DNA from: Bryobacterales bacterium
GTDB taxonomy: Bacteria; Acidobacteriota; Terriglobia; Bryobacterales; Bryobacteraceae
DNA: 64,000 nt
Assembly: GCA_963699905.1 (NCBI GenBank)
Contig: CAVOVR010000007.1
Span: 152,355 to 216,354 of the forward strand
Direction of reading: 5' to 3'
This document shows positions 10,915 through 22,240 of this stretch, piece after piece. Each line of letters begins with the position of its first letter. Within the stretch, counting starts at the first letter, position 1. The notes under the pieces were generated by a model, which was not told the DNA's origin, did not search any database, and was given only the letters and a program-made list of their open reading frames with translations. Position numbers and translations under genes: made by a program.

Positions 10915-11743
10915 CTACTCTTCAATTTTAATCGAGGGGCCTTTTTTGCCGCTCTCTTCAGACGCCCGGCGCTGCACTTCCCGCGCGATGGCAACGAACG
11001 GCGCGCCGGCATCGCCGAGCGTGATGGGCTGGCCGGAATCGCCACCGATACGAACCGCGGGATCGAGCGGCAGCTCACCCAGGAACGGAACATTCATCGC
11101 CTCGGCGGTTTTCTTGCCGCCGCCATGGCTGAAGACATCAATGCGCTCGCTGCAGTGCGGGCATTGCAGATAGCTCATGTTCTCGACCAGGCCGAGGATC
11201 GGCACGCGCACCTGCTGGAACATGTGGATCGCTTTACGTGCGTCTTCGAGCGAGACTTCGGACGGCGTGGTGACGACGACGGCGCCGGTGAGCGGCGCGG
11301 TTTGGATGAGCGAGAGCTGCACGTCGCCGGTGCCGGGCGGAAGATCGACGATCAGATAGTCGAGCTCGCCCCAATCGACGCCGCGCAGGAACTGCTGGAT
11401 GACGCTGTGCAGCATCGGCCCGCGCCAGACCAGCGGTTTGTCGCCCGGATTCAGGAAGCCCATCGACATGATGCGCAGGCCGTTCTTTTTCGAGCGGCTG
11501 GATGCGCTCGCCGATGGCGTGCGGTTGGGCGCGAACGCCCATCATCAGCGGCACGTTGGGCCCATAGACATCGGCATCCAGGAGCCCCACTTTGTGGCCC
11601 AGGCGCGATAGCGCGACCGCGAGATTCACGGACACGGTGGTTTTTCCGACGCCGCCTTTGCCCGATCCGACGGCGATCAAATTCTGGACGCCGGCTATCG
11701 GAACTTTCGGCTGCTCGGCTTGCGCTGTGTTGGGACCCATCAC
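10915..11743 (-). CDS. apbC: Mrp/ApbC-type iron-sulfur cluster carrier ATPase (one frameshift near 11475)
   Basis: [47 protein letters not shown] | [53 protein letters not shown]...[24 protein letters not shown]. Confidence 0.9.
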
Positions 11744-11749
11744 TTGATG

Positions 11750-13645
11750 TTAGATCATCGGGTCGATGTTAGAACATAGTCCCATTCTTTCGCGGCGCGA
11801 TCGCCGCAGGTAAGTGATGTCGCGATCGAGCAAGTATCCTTCTTTCACCAATTGCTGCGCGGCGGCGGTGATCTTGTCGAGATAGTCGTTCTTGGAGGGA
11901 TAGCGCTCTTCGATGGAAAGGCGTGGATCTTTGCGATTCTCGCGCTCGGCCTTGTTCACGGGGAACGGAATCCAGGACCCGGCCTGGGTGTACAACTGAT
12001 CGGGCGCGCCAATTTTGGGGCTGCGCAGATTCCAGCCGGTGTAGGAAGCGAGCGGGACCTGAATTTCGGGCATTCGGATTCCCGAGGTTTCGTTGCCATC
12101 GGAGATTCACTTGAGGGACAAGGGTTGGGAAGGGAGGGCCGAGTTTGGGAGGCTCGACGGAGAAATCGAGGCGAAAAGCGCGCCGGTTGGAGTGTGGAAC
12201 AGCGATGCCGGGGACTTTGGGAAACGCATAGGCTCCCACGGAAGCCAACTCGTCCTTCGCGATCCGCGGATACACGGACGCAGGCGGCTGTTTGCCGTCG
12301 GCGAGCCAAGCTTGCATCGCGACGAGGAGCGCCCGCAGGGAAGGCGTATAGTCGTTCGTGCTGTCGAGGTTTTGGGCGTCGGGATGCCGTGGAGGAAGAC
12401 TTCCGGTTCCGTGCCGCGATCCAGGGAAGAAGTAGATGCGCGTGTCCTTGGGCGGCGGCGACATCCCGCTTGCCATCGGGCGTGGTGTGAATCAGCGAGG
12501 CGGCGCGGCCCCAATATTCATACGAGCCATTGGTGTAGAAAATCTTGGGAACGGTGTTGGTGCGAATGGCGTTGGCGAGAAGCCCATCAGTCGTCCGCAA
12601 AGGGTGGAATGTCGACCGGATAGAGGATGTTGAAGAACGGATTTCCGTCGCGGGAAGGCTGCGCGAAGCGGGCGTTGAAGCCGCCACGGCCAGCGCCTCC
12701 AATATGGGCCCACACGCCATCGAAGACACGGCGATCCTTCTCATCCTGATTGAAACCGTCGTACAGAAAGGTCCGAAGAAACCTGCCGCTTTGGGAAACG
12801 CCGAAGCCGAGGGTGCGCCGGATGTCTTTGCGGAAGTCGTCGATCGGACTGGCCACTCCACCGGACTGCAGGCCACCGTATTTCAGATACGACACAAAGT
12901 CGCGCACAGCCGCGGGACCGAGGCCAACCAGCACCGGATCCTTGGCCTTGTAGACCACTTCGTAAATCCTGCCGGGCTCAAAGCCGGCGGCCATACTGAC
13001 GTGCGTAGGATCGGCGAAGGTCCATTGTTCGCGCGGGATGACGCGGCGTTCGCCTTCTATCGTGTCGCGGACGAAGAGTTTGTTGGCTGGATCCTGGGCG
13101 TCGGACACGGGGTAGCCGAGTTCGTCGCGATCGCCCAAAGGAATCGTGGTGACGCGCTGGTTGCCGACCCATTCCGAGCGAACCAAACCGGTGATCGGTT
13201 TGCCCTTGTTGGTGGCGATCGGCACTTCAATGCGAAGCACACCGTGCGAAGGCGGCACGTCCCACTCCCAGCCGACCCAAGCTAGCGTGAAACCCTGCTC
13301 CAGGAGGAAATGGTCGCCGACATCGAACATGCCAAGCGCCTTGTTGCCGCGGTTGGGGATTTCGACCAGGGCAGTCCCGTTGCGCTTGGTTGGATCGTGA
13401 GGCCGAAGCAGGTACAAATCGGCCGAGAATTCGACTTTGCCTTCGGCGTTGCGCGGGGCGAGATCGATGTCGGCAATGATGCGGTTAGGCGCGAGCTTAG
13501 GATCAACCGCGAAGTGAATCTTCCCGACAATGCGTTCGTAGCCGGCCTCTTCGGATCGTTCGGTGACGTCAACGCGCGTGACGGCGGCGAAGGCTGCCGA
13601 AGTAATCAGGAACGCGGCTAAAAAGCGGTGGAACATGGTTGTCAT
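11750..13645 (-). CDS. Secreted protein with alpha/beta-hydrolase-type domain, about 3 frameshifts; 3' end uncertain
   Basis: Signal peptide MTTMFHRFLAAFLITSAAFAA. Coherent sequence continues through four minus-strand frames (12587-13645, about 12480-12600, about 12075-12476, 11750-12073), ending ...ERYPSKNDYLDKITAAAQQLVKEGYLLDRDI. The family call rests on recalled resemblance to acidobacterial Abhydrolase-like proteins and is not verified. Confidence 0.5.
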
Positions 13646-13652
13646 TTTATCC

Positions 13653-14720
13653 TCAGGCGAGGGCCAGGTTGGCTTGGGCGCGCAGCGAGAAATCGGAGAA
13701 ATGCCCGGCGCGGAGTTTTGGAAACGCGGCGGCGGCGATCATGGCGGCGTTGTCGGTGGAGAGCGCGGGAGTGGGGAAATAGACCGGGCACGCGAGTCCG
13801 GCGGCGCGAGCAGCGCTCCGCAGACCCGCATTCGAGGCGACGCCACCGGAGATGATAAGCGATCGCGCGCCGATTTCTTCGATGGACACTGTGGCGCGGC
13901 GGAGCAACTCTTCGATGACCGTGTGTTGGAAGGACGCGAGCAGGTCGAGCGTGGGTTGGGGGGTGAGTGGGAGGAAATCGTGAAGCGACGTAGCTTGCGA
14001 ACGGCGGCGGGCTTCGATTTCGGCCGCGAGATCGTGATGCTCGGCTTGCTTTTCAACCCAGCGAAGGACGGCGGTTTTGAGTCCGCTAAAGCTGAAGTCG
14101 AGCGTGTTGCCCTTCATGCGGGCGAGCGTGAACTTTACGGCGTGCGGATCGCCATGGGGCGCAAGCTGATCGATGATGGGGCCGCCGGGATAGCCGAATC
14201 CGAGAAGCTTGGCCACTTTGTCGTAGGCTTCGCCGGCTGCGTCGTCGCGCGTCTTTCCGAGCAATCGATAGGCGAAGCCCTCGCGGACTTCGAACAGATG
14301 GGTGTGGCCGCCGCTGACCACGAGCGCGAGCGCGGGATATTCGATGGCCACGCCCGCTTCAAGAATCACGGCGTGGATGTGGCCTTCGATGTGGTTGACG
14401 GCGATGAGCGGGAGGTCGCGGGCAAAACAGAGCGACTTGGCGTAAGTGATGCCGACGAGCAGCGAGCCGACCAGGCCCGGGCCTTCGGTGACCGCGATGG
14501 CGGCGAGATCATCGAACGCGGCATTGGCTTGTTCCAGAGCAAGGCGAACCACGGCGACGATCGCGCGCAGGTGCTCGCGCGAGGCAAGTTCGGGAACCAC
14601 GCCGCCGTATTTTCCATGCGCGAGCTGCGAAGCGACGACGGAAGATAGGATCGCGCTGCCGTCTTCGACCACGGCGGCGGCGGTTTCGTCGCAGGATGTT
14701 TCGATGGCCAAGATTTTCAC
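13653..14720 (-). CDS. tsaD: tRNA N6-adenosine threonylcarbamoyltransferase
   Basis: From GTG 14720: [21 protein letters not shown]...[13 protein letters not shown]...[15 protein letters not shown]...NHIEGHI...VSGGHT...ISGGVASN. Intact ORF. Confidence 0.9.
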   Translation of the reverse strand: MKILAIETSCDETAAAVVEDGSAILSSVVASQLAHGKYGGVVPELASREHLRAIVAVVRLALEQANAAFDDLAAIAVTEGPGLVGSLLVGITYAKSLCFARDLPLIAVNHIEGHIHAVILEAGVAIEYPALALVVSGGHTHLFEVREGFAYRLLGKTRDDAAGEAYDKVAKLLGFGYPGGPIIDQLAPHGDPHAVKFTLARMKGNTLDFSFSGLKTAVLRWVEKQAEHHDLAAEIEARRRSQATSLHDFLPLTPQPTLDLLASFQHTVIEELLRRATVSIEEIGARSLIISGGVASNAGLRSAARAAGLACPVYFPTPALSTDNAAMIAAAAFPKLRAGHFSDFSLRAQANLALA

Positions 14721-14753
14721 TGCTCCGGAGATATTCACTGCTATGGTTGTGAT

Positions 14754-15857
14754 TTGGACCTTTCGCAATTTCATTATCACTTGCCGGAGTCGTCGATCGC
14801 GCAGGAGCCGCTGGCGGATCGCGCGGCGTCGCGAATGCTGGTGCTCTATCGCGCGGAGCAGCGCTGGGAGGATCGTCTGTTCCGCGAGTTCCCCGAGTTC
14901 CTGCGCGCGGGCGATTGCCTGGTGCTGAACGATTCGAAGGTTTTTCCGTCGCGATTGTTGGGCATCGGGTTGGATTTTCGGGCGTCGTGGAGGTGTTGCT
15001 GGTGCAGCCGATGAGCGAGGATGCCAAGACGTGGACCGCGCTGGTGCATCCGGGCCGCAAGATGCGCACGCGGGAGCGAGTGGCTTTTGACGGCGTCGAG
15101 GCCGAGGTGATCGGGCGCGGCGAGTATGGCGAGCGGACGCTGCGATTTCACTTTTGACGATCGGGACGGAGATTTTTATGAGTGGCTGGGCAAGGATCGG
15201 GACATGTGCCGCTGCCGCCGTATATCAAGCGGGCCGACACGCCCGAGGATCGCGAGCGGTATCAAACCGTGTTTGCGCGCGAGGCCGGATCGGTGGCCGC
15301 GCCAACGGCGGGCCTGCATTTCACGGCCGAAATCTTGGATGCAGTGCCGCAAGGCCGGCGCGGAGATCGCGTACGTCACGCTGCATGTTGGGCTCGGAAC
15401 ATTTCAGCCCGTGCGTGGAGAGAAGCTGCACGCGGAGCGATTTTTCATAAATTCGCAAAACGAAGCCACGATTCGAGCGGCCGAACGTGTGATCTGCGCG
15501 GGGACCACGAGTGTGCGCGCGGTGGAGAGCATATATCTGGGCAAGAGTGTCGAGACGGATTTGTTCATTCGGCCAGGATTCGAATTTCGACGCACGAACG
15601 CGATGTTGACGAATTTTCATTTGCCGGAGTCGAGCTTGCTGATGCTGGTTTGTGCGTTTGCGGGACGGGAGTTCGTGCTGTCGGCGTATGAGCATGCGGT
15701 GAAGGAGGGATATCGGTTCTACTCGTACGGCGACTGCATGTTGATTCGTCTGAGTCAAAAGCCTAAGAACGATTGCCAGGATTTCAGGCCCTCGGTGTTG
15801 TGCGATTTGAGAGCTTCCAAGCCTTCCTGCGGCGCGTACGGGTCGGTGAGCAGATAG
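14754..15857 (+). CDS. queA: S-adenosylmethionine:tRNA ribosyltransferase-isomerase, about 4 indels; the literal stop at 15857 is probably a read-through artefact
   Basis: TTG 14754: [31 protein letters not shown]... | VVEVLLVQP...[10 protein letters not shown] | [13 protein letters not shown] | [26 protein letters not shown]...[13 protein letters not shown] | [18 protein letters not shown]...[17 protein letters not shown]...[12 protein letters not shown]. The tail after GDCMLI overlaps the convergent gene that ends at 15755. Confidence 0.8.
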
Positions 15858-16765
15858 CGGCCGACGCGCGCGATGTCGAGCACGTCGTCCATCATGGCTT
15901 TCCAATGATCGGGCGCCCAATCGATGGCGTGCGAAACCACGGAAGGCACGCCTTCGGCGACACCATCGGCCGTCACCATGTTGAACGACTCGGTGTAACT
16001 CGGCTGAAGCAACAGATGCATATGCGCGACGCTCTGGCGAAACTTGGGCCAGGATTGCCAGCCGTTCTCGATCAGCTTGACGTTGGGAAGGCCGTCCAGC
16101 ATCGCGTGCGCCGAGCGCAGGATGGTATCGCCGCCGCCCTCGGTGCGTCCGGCGGAGAGCCATAATTCGAGATTGGCCTTGTAGCGATGCGTGATTTCGA
16201 GGGCCGCGCCCGCCGCGCTCATGAAGTTCTTCAGCGGCCGCGTGGCGCCGAAAGCGCCGATGCGCAGAGTGCCGCCGCTGTAGAGCGGACGCCACGGAAG
16301 AAAGTCGGCGTCCAGATAATAGAGGTTCGGAAGGTAAGTGCATGGGCGCGTGTAGGCGCTGCGCACCCATTTGCAAAACTTGATGCTGTTGCCCGCCAGA
16401 TGAAAATTGTGCGCGGCCGCTTCCACTTCCATGGCCTCGCGAACCAGCCGGACGCCGTTGGAGTCGGCTTGCAGAAAGCCGACGTTGGAGTGGCAATTCA
16501 CCGCGAAACGCGTGGAGGAGTGGGCCAGCACCAGGCCGTGGACATCCACCGAGGGCATCCAGGGCGCGGAGATGACGACGTGGGTGGCGGGATCGCGCTG
16601 CAATCGATCGCGCAGGTCCTTGGCGCTGACTACGGGCCAGACATCGGCGATCACTCCGCCGCGGCGCAGCACTTTGCAGGTGTTGAGAGCCGAGACGCCG
16701 AGTCCGATGTGGCTGATGTTTTGTTGAGCGGCGAAGTTCTTATAGGCGAGGACGAGTCGTTGCAT
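15755..16765 (-). CDS. Hypothetical protein, possibly a GT-B (GT1/GT4-like) glycosyltransferase
   Basis: Intact 336-aa ORF. The C-terminal segment SYTESFNMVTADGVAEGVPSVVSHAIDW resembles the E-x7-E region of GT4 enzymes. Weak inference. Confidence 0.35.
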   Translation of the reverse strand: MQRLVLAYKNFAAQQNISHIGLGVSALNTCKVLRRGGVIADVWPVVSAKDLRDRLQRDPATHVVISAPWMPSVDVHGLVLAHSSTRFAVNCHSNVGFLQADSNGVRLVREAMEVEAAAHNFHLAGNSIKFCKWVRSAYTRPCTYLPNLYYLDADFLPWRPLYSGGTLRIGAFGATRPLKNFMSAAGAALEITHRYKANLELWLSAGRTEGGGDTILRSAHAMLDGLPNVKLIENGWQSWPKFRQSVAHMHLLLQPSYTESFNMVTADGVAEGVPSVVSHAIDWAPDHWKAMMDDVLDIARVGRYLLTDPYAPQEGLEALKSHNTEGLKSWQSFLGF

Positions 16766-16935
16766 CTCAGAACTCTGGGATGCTTCGATGCTAAGACCTA
16801 GGGCCAGATGTCCGGGAGGGCGATGCGCTCAAGCTTTTGAAAAGCGGTCAGAAGAAAATCGGCGAGAGATGTCATTCGGCTGGGTGTTGGTTCGCGGGAT
16901 TGGGTTCGTTTGGTAATTTCGCTGTGCGGGACCGG

Positions 16936-17583
16936 TCAGGCGAGCAAGCGATGCAGGAAAGCCCAATATCCAGGGCCCACGCGGAACTGGCCGTTCAGTG
17001 CCACGGGGGTTACGACGTACAGCATCGCGGAAAGCAGAGCCTGAGTGACGCCGAGCACGGGAACGCTGGGGCGGGCTTCAAACATTCGCGTTGAAACAGT
17101 TCCCCACAGAAATGTTGCGGGGACGAGGATGGGATTCGGAAGATGGGCGGCGGCGAACATTACGCCCGCGATGCCGGAGGTGCTCCAGGAAGCGCCGAGG
17201 CTGTCGCGCAACCGCCGGTAAAGCATGTTTTGAAGCAGGAGTTGCTGGAGAACACACCAGCAGGCGTAACCACACCAGCGATAAACCGCATGCATCGAAG
17301 TGGTGGTCTCGATCCACAGCAGGATGCCGAGCGAAACCGCGCAGCTTGCGAGCCACCACCGCCAAGCGGCGACCGCGCCGACGAACGCGCGCAGGCTCAA
17401 GCCGAGCGATTCCAGAGTCTCTGAATGCCAGACAAACGAAAGCGCGACCAGCGCGAGGGGAATGAACAGACTCCACGACCACCACAAAGGCCGCAGCCAG
17501 ATGTAGGCGATGACGAGGAAAGAAAATGCAAAGGCCTCGGCCAGGTGCCGAGCGCTATTCCACCGCAATGCTGCCGACCTCAT
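16936..17583 (-). CDS. CPBP (CAAX/Abi)-like intramembrane protein with degenerate catalytic motifs
   Basis: Multi-TM protein. FAAAHLPNP fits CPBP motif 2 (FxxxH). The position expected for EExxxR reads QQLLLQ. The start is taken at MRSAALRWNS (17583); the track ORF extends to 17682. Confidence 0.45.
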   Translation of the reverse strand: MRSAALRWNSARHLAEAFAFSFLVIAYIWLRPLWWSWSLFIPLALVALSFVWHSETLESLGLSLRAFVGAVAAWRWWLASCAVSLGILLWIETTTSMHAVYRWCGYACWCVLQQLLLQNMLYRRLRDSLGASWSTSGIAGVMFAAAHLPNPILVPATFLWGTVSTRMFEARPSVPVLGVTQALLSAMLYVVTPVALNGQFRVGPGYWAFLHRLLA

Positions 17584-17738
17584 TGTTACTATTTTATGAC
17601 AACCGTGGCGGAGGCAGGTTGAACCGCTATTATGGACTCTGCTCACGGGCGGGTCGTCAACGGTTCGGCCGTTTTCCGGCAATTAGACGTAACGCCGACA
17701 CCAGGTGATAGACTAATGCTTCTCCTTCAGAAAGACTT

Positions 17739-19541
17739 ATGCCCCCCACAACCGCAGTTGTCAATGCCGCCAATGCTTACCGGCAGATCATTACCAACTT
17801 CTCGAATCCGCTTGAGTTCGTCCGGGAGGCGATAAGCAACTCAATAGATGCCGCGGCAACAGCCTTGACTGTATCGGTCGAACAAGCGCCCGGTCCGACA
17901 GGCCAGCCAGAGATCAGAATCACGCTCAAAGACGACGGCAACGGCATGGATGCTCGAACGTTGGAGCGGTTCTCGCACCATGGTGGAATCGAGCGATGGT
18001 TCAACTTGGGCGACTCTGAAAAATCTGATCTGTAGATCGAAACTGACGACCCCGAGCATCCGATCGGTGAAAAGGGATTTGGCACCAAGATCTATCTGAA
18101 CAGCCGAAAAATAGAGGTCCGTACCCGCGATAAAGTATCCGGCATCGCCCGGAAGGCCACCAGCCAAGGTCATCTGGAGCGTATCCATGAATCGAATGCT
18201 CCGCAGTACGACACGAGCGAAGAGAACGATGGCGTCGAAGGCACTGAGATCAAGATCTTCGGATACAACTATAACGACGGCGCCAAGCTGGGCCACGACC
18301 AGCTCAAGGACTACATCCTGTGGTTTACGAAGTTCGGGTCCATTGAGCCCCTGTTGTGGCCGCTGTTCCCCAAATATGCCGTTTCAAAATCTCGTCTTTC
18401 CAGCTTGAAGCTCAACCTTCGTGGTCTGGGTTTCGATCCCTTGCGCCATGCCGGCGATGAAAACGCTAAGTTCGTAACTCTGGATTTTGGCCATCCATTC
18501 CCGGAAGAGTGCTTTGACGGCAAAGCGCTTCGCGCGAAGGCGAAGGCAAAGAAGGCCAGTCCTACGGATTTCTATTGCCGCCGATTCGTGAAAGAAGGCA
18601 GCTTGAAGAAGTTTCCGGGCTTTCGGTGGCAGGCTGCATTCTCAATCGAAGGAAACCGCGTGAAGTATGAATACAATCCGATGGTGCGGCGCCAACGATA
18701 CCAAGCGCCCCAGGGAGCCTACAAGGTAGCCGAACGATATGGCATCTGGATCTGCAAGGACTTCATTCCGGCCGACCGCGTCAACGTGCTACTCCCCGGC
18801 AAGGGGACTGAGTTCCTTAAATTTCACGCCTTCTTCAACTGTCAAGGGATCCGGCTGTCTGCCGACCGTACATCCATCGGACCTACGCCTCCCGACATCA
18901 GAGTTGCCATAGAGGAGCAGATCCTCGATCTGGTGAAGGAAATATTTGAGGACGAGGGTGTCGCGGCGCTCCTGGAACAGTTGGATGAAGCCGAGTTTGG
19001 CGAGCGCACCGAAGAGCAAGAGAAGAAGGACTATGCCCGCCGGGTCAAACAGGCTAAGAATGCTGCTTCAGCGATTTTCAAGAACGTGGATCTGAGAGAA
19101 CCTCAACGCGAACTGGGCGTGGTGGCGCTCTTGGCCCAACTCTTAGCCGTTGAACCGAGCCTGTTCCCTTTTCGAGTCGTGGATTGGAACAATGCCGAGG
19201 GATTCGATCTCCTGGCGCGAGATACAAGCGAACTCGGCTTCGAAGATGCTTCTAAATTCTACGTTGAGTGCAAGCACTGGCTCACTGGCACGTTCAATCA
19301 TTCCCTCAACAACGTGAAATACATCGTGTGTTGGAATTCCGACCTTGATAATGAGGCCATCGTCACCGCCGTCGGCGGCGATACTCGAAAGATGGTTATT
19401 AAACCAAAGGGCCTGGAGCGTCCGAGCACTCAGTTCTTCCTCTCCCGAGAAGACGCACCCAACAACATCGAAGTGTTCGTATTGCGACGACTTTTGGAAG
19501 AACGTCTGAACATCACCTTTCAGAAACCGGACGGCAAATAG
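17739..19541 (+). CDS. MORC-like GHKL ATPase fused to a C-terminal PD-(D/E)xK nuclease-like domain; a single reading frame interrupted by one in-frame TAG at 18033-18035
   Basis: All of 17739-19541 is one frame; track ORFs 17739..18035 and 18354..19541 are both in it. Bergerat-fold motifs: EAISNSIDA (N box), DDGNGMD (G1), then TAG, then GEKGFGTKIY (G2). Middle region: YGIWICKDFIP...LSADRTSI. An acidic coiled stretch follows. The C-terminus reads GFDLLAR...KFYVECKHW (D...ExK). About 52-55% G+C against about 65% in the flanks. Confidence 0.6.
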
Positions 19542-19683
19542 GCTCGGAACTCTTTACGAGTACTGTGGCGTTGCCAATCCACTTGGACTGTATTGTCGGC
19601 AACCGGTCGAAGTTCGTCTCCCACGCTAACAGACCCACTGTCGGGAGGCAGGGCACAATAAGGTAAACTAGCCTTTTGATCCC

Positions 19684-20853
19684 ATGAAAATTCACGAGTA
19701 TCAGGCCAAAGCGATTTTGGCCAAATACGGAGTCCCTGTGCCTCGGGGCGAGGTTGCGTTCACGGTTGACGAGGCGGAAGCGGCGGCCAAGAAAATCGGC
19801 GGCAGCGTGGTGGTGAAAGCGCAGATTCACGCGGGAGGCCGGGGCAAGGGCGGCGGCGTCAAGGTGGCGAAGGACGCGGCGGAAGCCGTCGAGATCGCGA
19901 AAAAGATACTGGGCATGCGCCTGGTGACGCATCAGACCGGCCCGGAAGGGCGCATCGTGCAGCGCTTGCTGATTGAGGAGACGCTGCCGATCGCGCGCGA
20001 GTTATACCTGGGCATCGTGCTGGATCGTGCGCAGGGCAAGCCGGTGTTCATGGCTTCGTCGGCGGGCGGGATGGATATCGAAGAGGTAGCCGCGAAATCG
20101 CCCGAGTCGATCTTGAAGGAAGCGTTGGAACCGGGCTACGGCCTGGCGCCGTTTCAAGCGCGCAGCATGGCGTTTGGAATGGGCGTGGAGTCGGAGAGCG
20201 CGAGCGCGGCGGTGTCGGCGATGATCGGGCTGGCGAAGGCGTACGATGCCGTGGATGCGTCGCTGGCCGAGATCAATCCGTTCATCGTATGCGACGACGG
20301 CAAGGTGTACGCGCTGGACGCGAAGTTCAACTTGGACGACAACGCGCTGTACCGGCACAAGGACCTGCTCGATCTGCGCGACTTGAACGAAGAGGATCCA
20401 CTCGAAGTGGAGGCGTCGCGATTCAGCCTGAACTACATCAAGCTGGATGGCGACATCGCGTGCATGGTGAATGGCGCGGGCCTGGCGATGGCGACCATGG
20501 ACATCGTGAAGTACGCGGGCGGGAGCCCAGCGAATTTCCTGGACGTGGGTGGAGGCGCGAACGCCGAGCAGATCAAGAACGCCTTCCGCATTCTGTTGTC
20601 GGATGCGGGCGTGAAGGCGGTGCTGATCAATATTTTCGGCGGCATCTTGCGCTGCGACGTGCTGGCCACGGGCGTGGTGAACGCGGCGCGAGAGCTGAAA
20701 GTTACAACACCGATCGTGGTTCGCATGGAAGGGACCAATGTCGAGAAGGGGCAGGAGATTTTGAGAACGTCGGGCTTCAACTTCACCGTCGCCGACGGGA
20801 TGCGCGATGCAGCGGAGAAGGTGGTGAAGGCGGCGCAAGGAGTGAAGGCATGA
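19684..20853 (+). CDS. sucC: Succinyl-CoA synthetase (ADP-forming) beta subunit
   Basis: [25 protein letters not shown]...[19 protein letters not shown]...[13 protein letters not shown]. Intact. Confidence 0.95.
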   Translation: MKIHEYQAKAILAKYGVPVPRGEVAFTVDEAEAAAKKIGGSVVVKAQIHAGGRGKGGGVKVAKDAAEAVEIAKKILGMRLVTHQTGPEGRIVQRLLIEETLPIARELYLGIVLDRAQGKPVFMASSAGGMDIEEVAAKSPESILKEALEPGYGLAPFQARSMAFGMGVESESASAAVSAMIGLAKAYDAVDASLAEINPFIVCDDGKVYALDAKFNLDDNALYRHKDLLDLRDLNEEDPLEVEASRFSLNYIKLDGDIACMVNGAGLAMATMDIVKYAGGSPANFLDVGGGANAEQIKNAFRILLSDAGVKAVLINIFGGILRCDVLATGVVNAARELKVTTPIVVRMEGTNVEKGQEILRTSGFNFTVADGMRDAAEKVVKAAQGVKA

Positions 20854-21716
20854 GCGTCCTGGTGGATCAGAACACGCGGGTTTTGTTTCAGGGCTTCACC
20901 GGACGCGAGGCGAGTTTTCACGCGCAGGCATCTATCGATTACGGAACCAAAGTGGTTGGCGGCGTGACGCCGGGCAAGGGCGGGCTGATGCATCTGGGGC
21001 TGCCGGTGTTCAATACGGTGGCCGACGCCGTGAAGCAGACCGGCGCCACCGCCTCGGTGATTTTCGTTCCTCCTCCGTATGCCGCCGACGCAATCATGGA
21101 GGCCGTGGATGCGGGCGTGCCGCTGGTGGTGTGTATTACGGAGGGCATTCCGACTGAAGACATGGTGCAGGTGCGCGAATTCATGAAAGGCACGACGTCG
21201 CGGTTGATCGGTCCGAACTGTCCGGGCATTATCTCACCGGGAAAATGCAAGATCGGGATTATGCCGGCGCACATCCACAAGGAAGGACATGTGGGCGTGG
21301 TGTCGCGCTCAGGCACTTTGACCTACGAAGCGGTGGGGCAACTGACGAAGCTCGGGATCGGGCAGTCGACGTGCATCGGGATCGGCGGAGACCCGATCAT
21401 CGGCACGACGTTCCTGGACGCCATCCAGCTTTTCAATGCCGATCCGGATACGCACGCCATCGTGATGATCGGCGAGATCGGCGGCAACGCCGAGGAGACG
21501 GCCGCGGAGTACATCCAGACGCACGTCAAGAAGCCGGTGGTGGGATTTATCGCCGGACAGACCGCTCCGCCGGGACGACGCATGGGCCACGCGGGAGCGA
21601 TCATCTCGGGCGGCTCGGGAAAAGCGGAAGACAAAATGAAGGCGATGAAAGCGGCGGGCATCACGGTGTGCGCCACTCCCGCCGAAATCGGGGAAAAGGT
21701 GAAGAGCCGCCTGTAG
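20850..21716 (+). CDS. sucD: Succinyl-CoA synthetase alpha subunit
   Basis: The ATG overlaps the sucC stop. [25 protein letters not shown]...[19 protein letters not shown]...[10 protein letters not shown]...[10 protein letters not shown]. Intact. Confidence 0.95.
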   Translation: MSVLVDQNTRVLFQGFTGREASFHAQASIDYGTKVVGGVTPGKGGLMHLGLPVFNTVADAVKQTGATASVIFVPPPYAADAIMEAVDAGVPLVVCITEGIPTEDMVQVREFMKGTTSRLIGPNCPGIISPGKCKIGIMPAHIHKEGHVGVVSRSGTLTYEAVGQLTKLGIGQSTCIGIGGDPIIGTTFLDAIQLFNADPDTHAIVMIGEIGGNAEETAAEYIQTHVKKPVVGFIAGQTAPPGRRMGHAGAIISGGSGKAEDKMKAMKAAGITVCATPAEIGEKVKSRL

Positions 21717-21750
21717 CTTGTTGTAAAAAGCGACGCGGCACAAATCAAAC

Positions 21751-22170
21751 ATGTCAATCGAACAGACATTTGCAATCATCAAGCCGGATGCGGTGGCGTC
21801 GGGGCATGCTGGTCAGATACTCAGCATGATCGAAAAAGCCGGGTTTCGCATTCGAGGCATGAAGATGACCAGGCTCTCCAAACAACAGGCCGAGGGCTTC
21901 TACGACATCCATCGCGAGCGGCCGTTTTTCAGCGGACTGGTGACGTTCATGACCGAAGGTCCGGTGGTTTTGCTGGCGCTGGAGCGTGAAGACGCCATCA
22001 AGCGGTGGCGCGAACTGATGGGCGCCACCAATCCGGAGAAAGCCGCGGAAGGGACCATCCGGAAGAAATTCGCGCACAACATAGAGCGGAACGCGGTGCA
22101 TGGGTCGGACGCGCCCGAGACCGCGGCAATCGAGATTCCATTTTTCTTCAGCATGGCGGAGTTACTGTAG
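21751..22170 (+). CDS. ndk: Nucleoside-diphosphate kinase
   Basis: [15 protein letters not shown]...[26 protein letters not shown]...NAVHGSD. Intact. Confidence 0.95.
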   Translation: MSIEQTFAIIKPDAVASGHAGQILSMIEKAGFRIRGMKMTRLSKQQAEGFYDIHRERPFFSGLVTFMTEGPVVLLALEREDAIKRWRELMGATNPEKAAEGTIRKKFAHNIERNAVHGSDAPETAAIEIPFFFSMAELL

Positions 22171-22240
22171 CGCGATCTCGCGAAAATACCTGACTCTGGT
22201 GTAAGGTAAAGCTTGGGAGCATGGCCGCCGATAGGGGCGG

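Noticed and set aside
15758-15857. A 100-nt convergent overlap between the queA tail and the 15755-16765 gene.
   Set aside because: QueA homology ends at ...[12 protein letters not shown] (about 15745). The extra 35 or so codons are most likely read-through caused by an indel that removed the native stop. It is not a real overlapping gene arrangement.
15321-16496. A 391-aa minus-strand ORF. Similar long antisense ORFs occur at 23411-24352, 39675-40625, 42832-43773, 44347-45393 and 57326-58408.
   Set aside because: Each overlaps a gene with clear family signatures on the other strand or in another frame. All show the Arg/Ala/His-rich bias of high-GC shadow frames.
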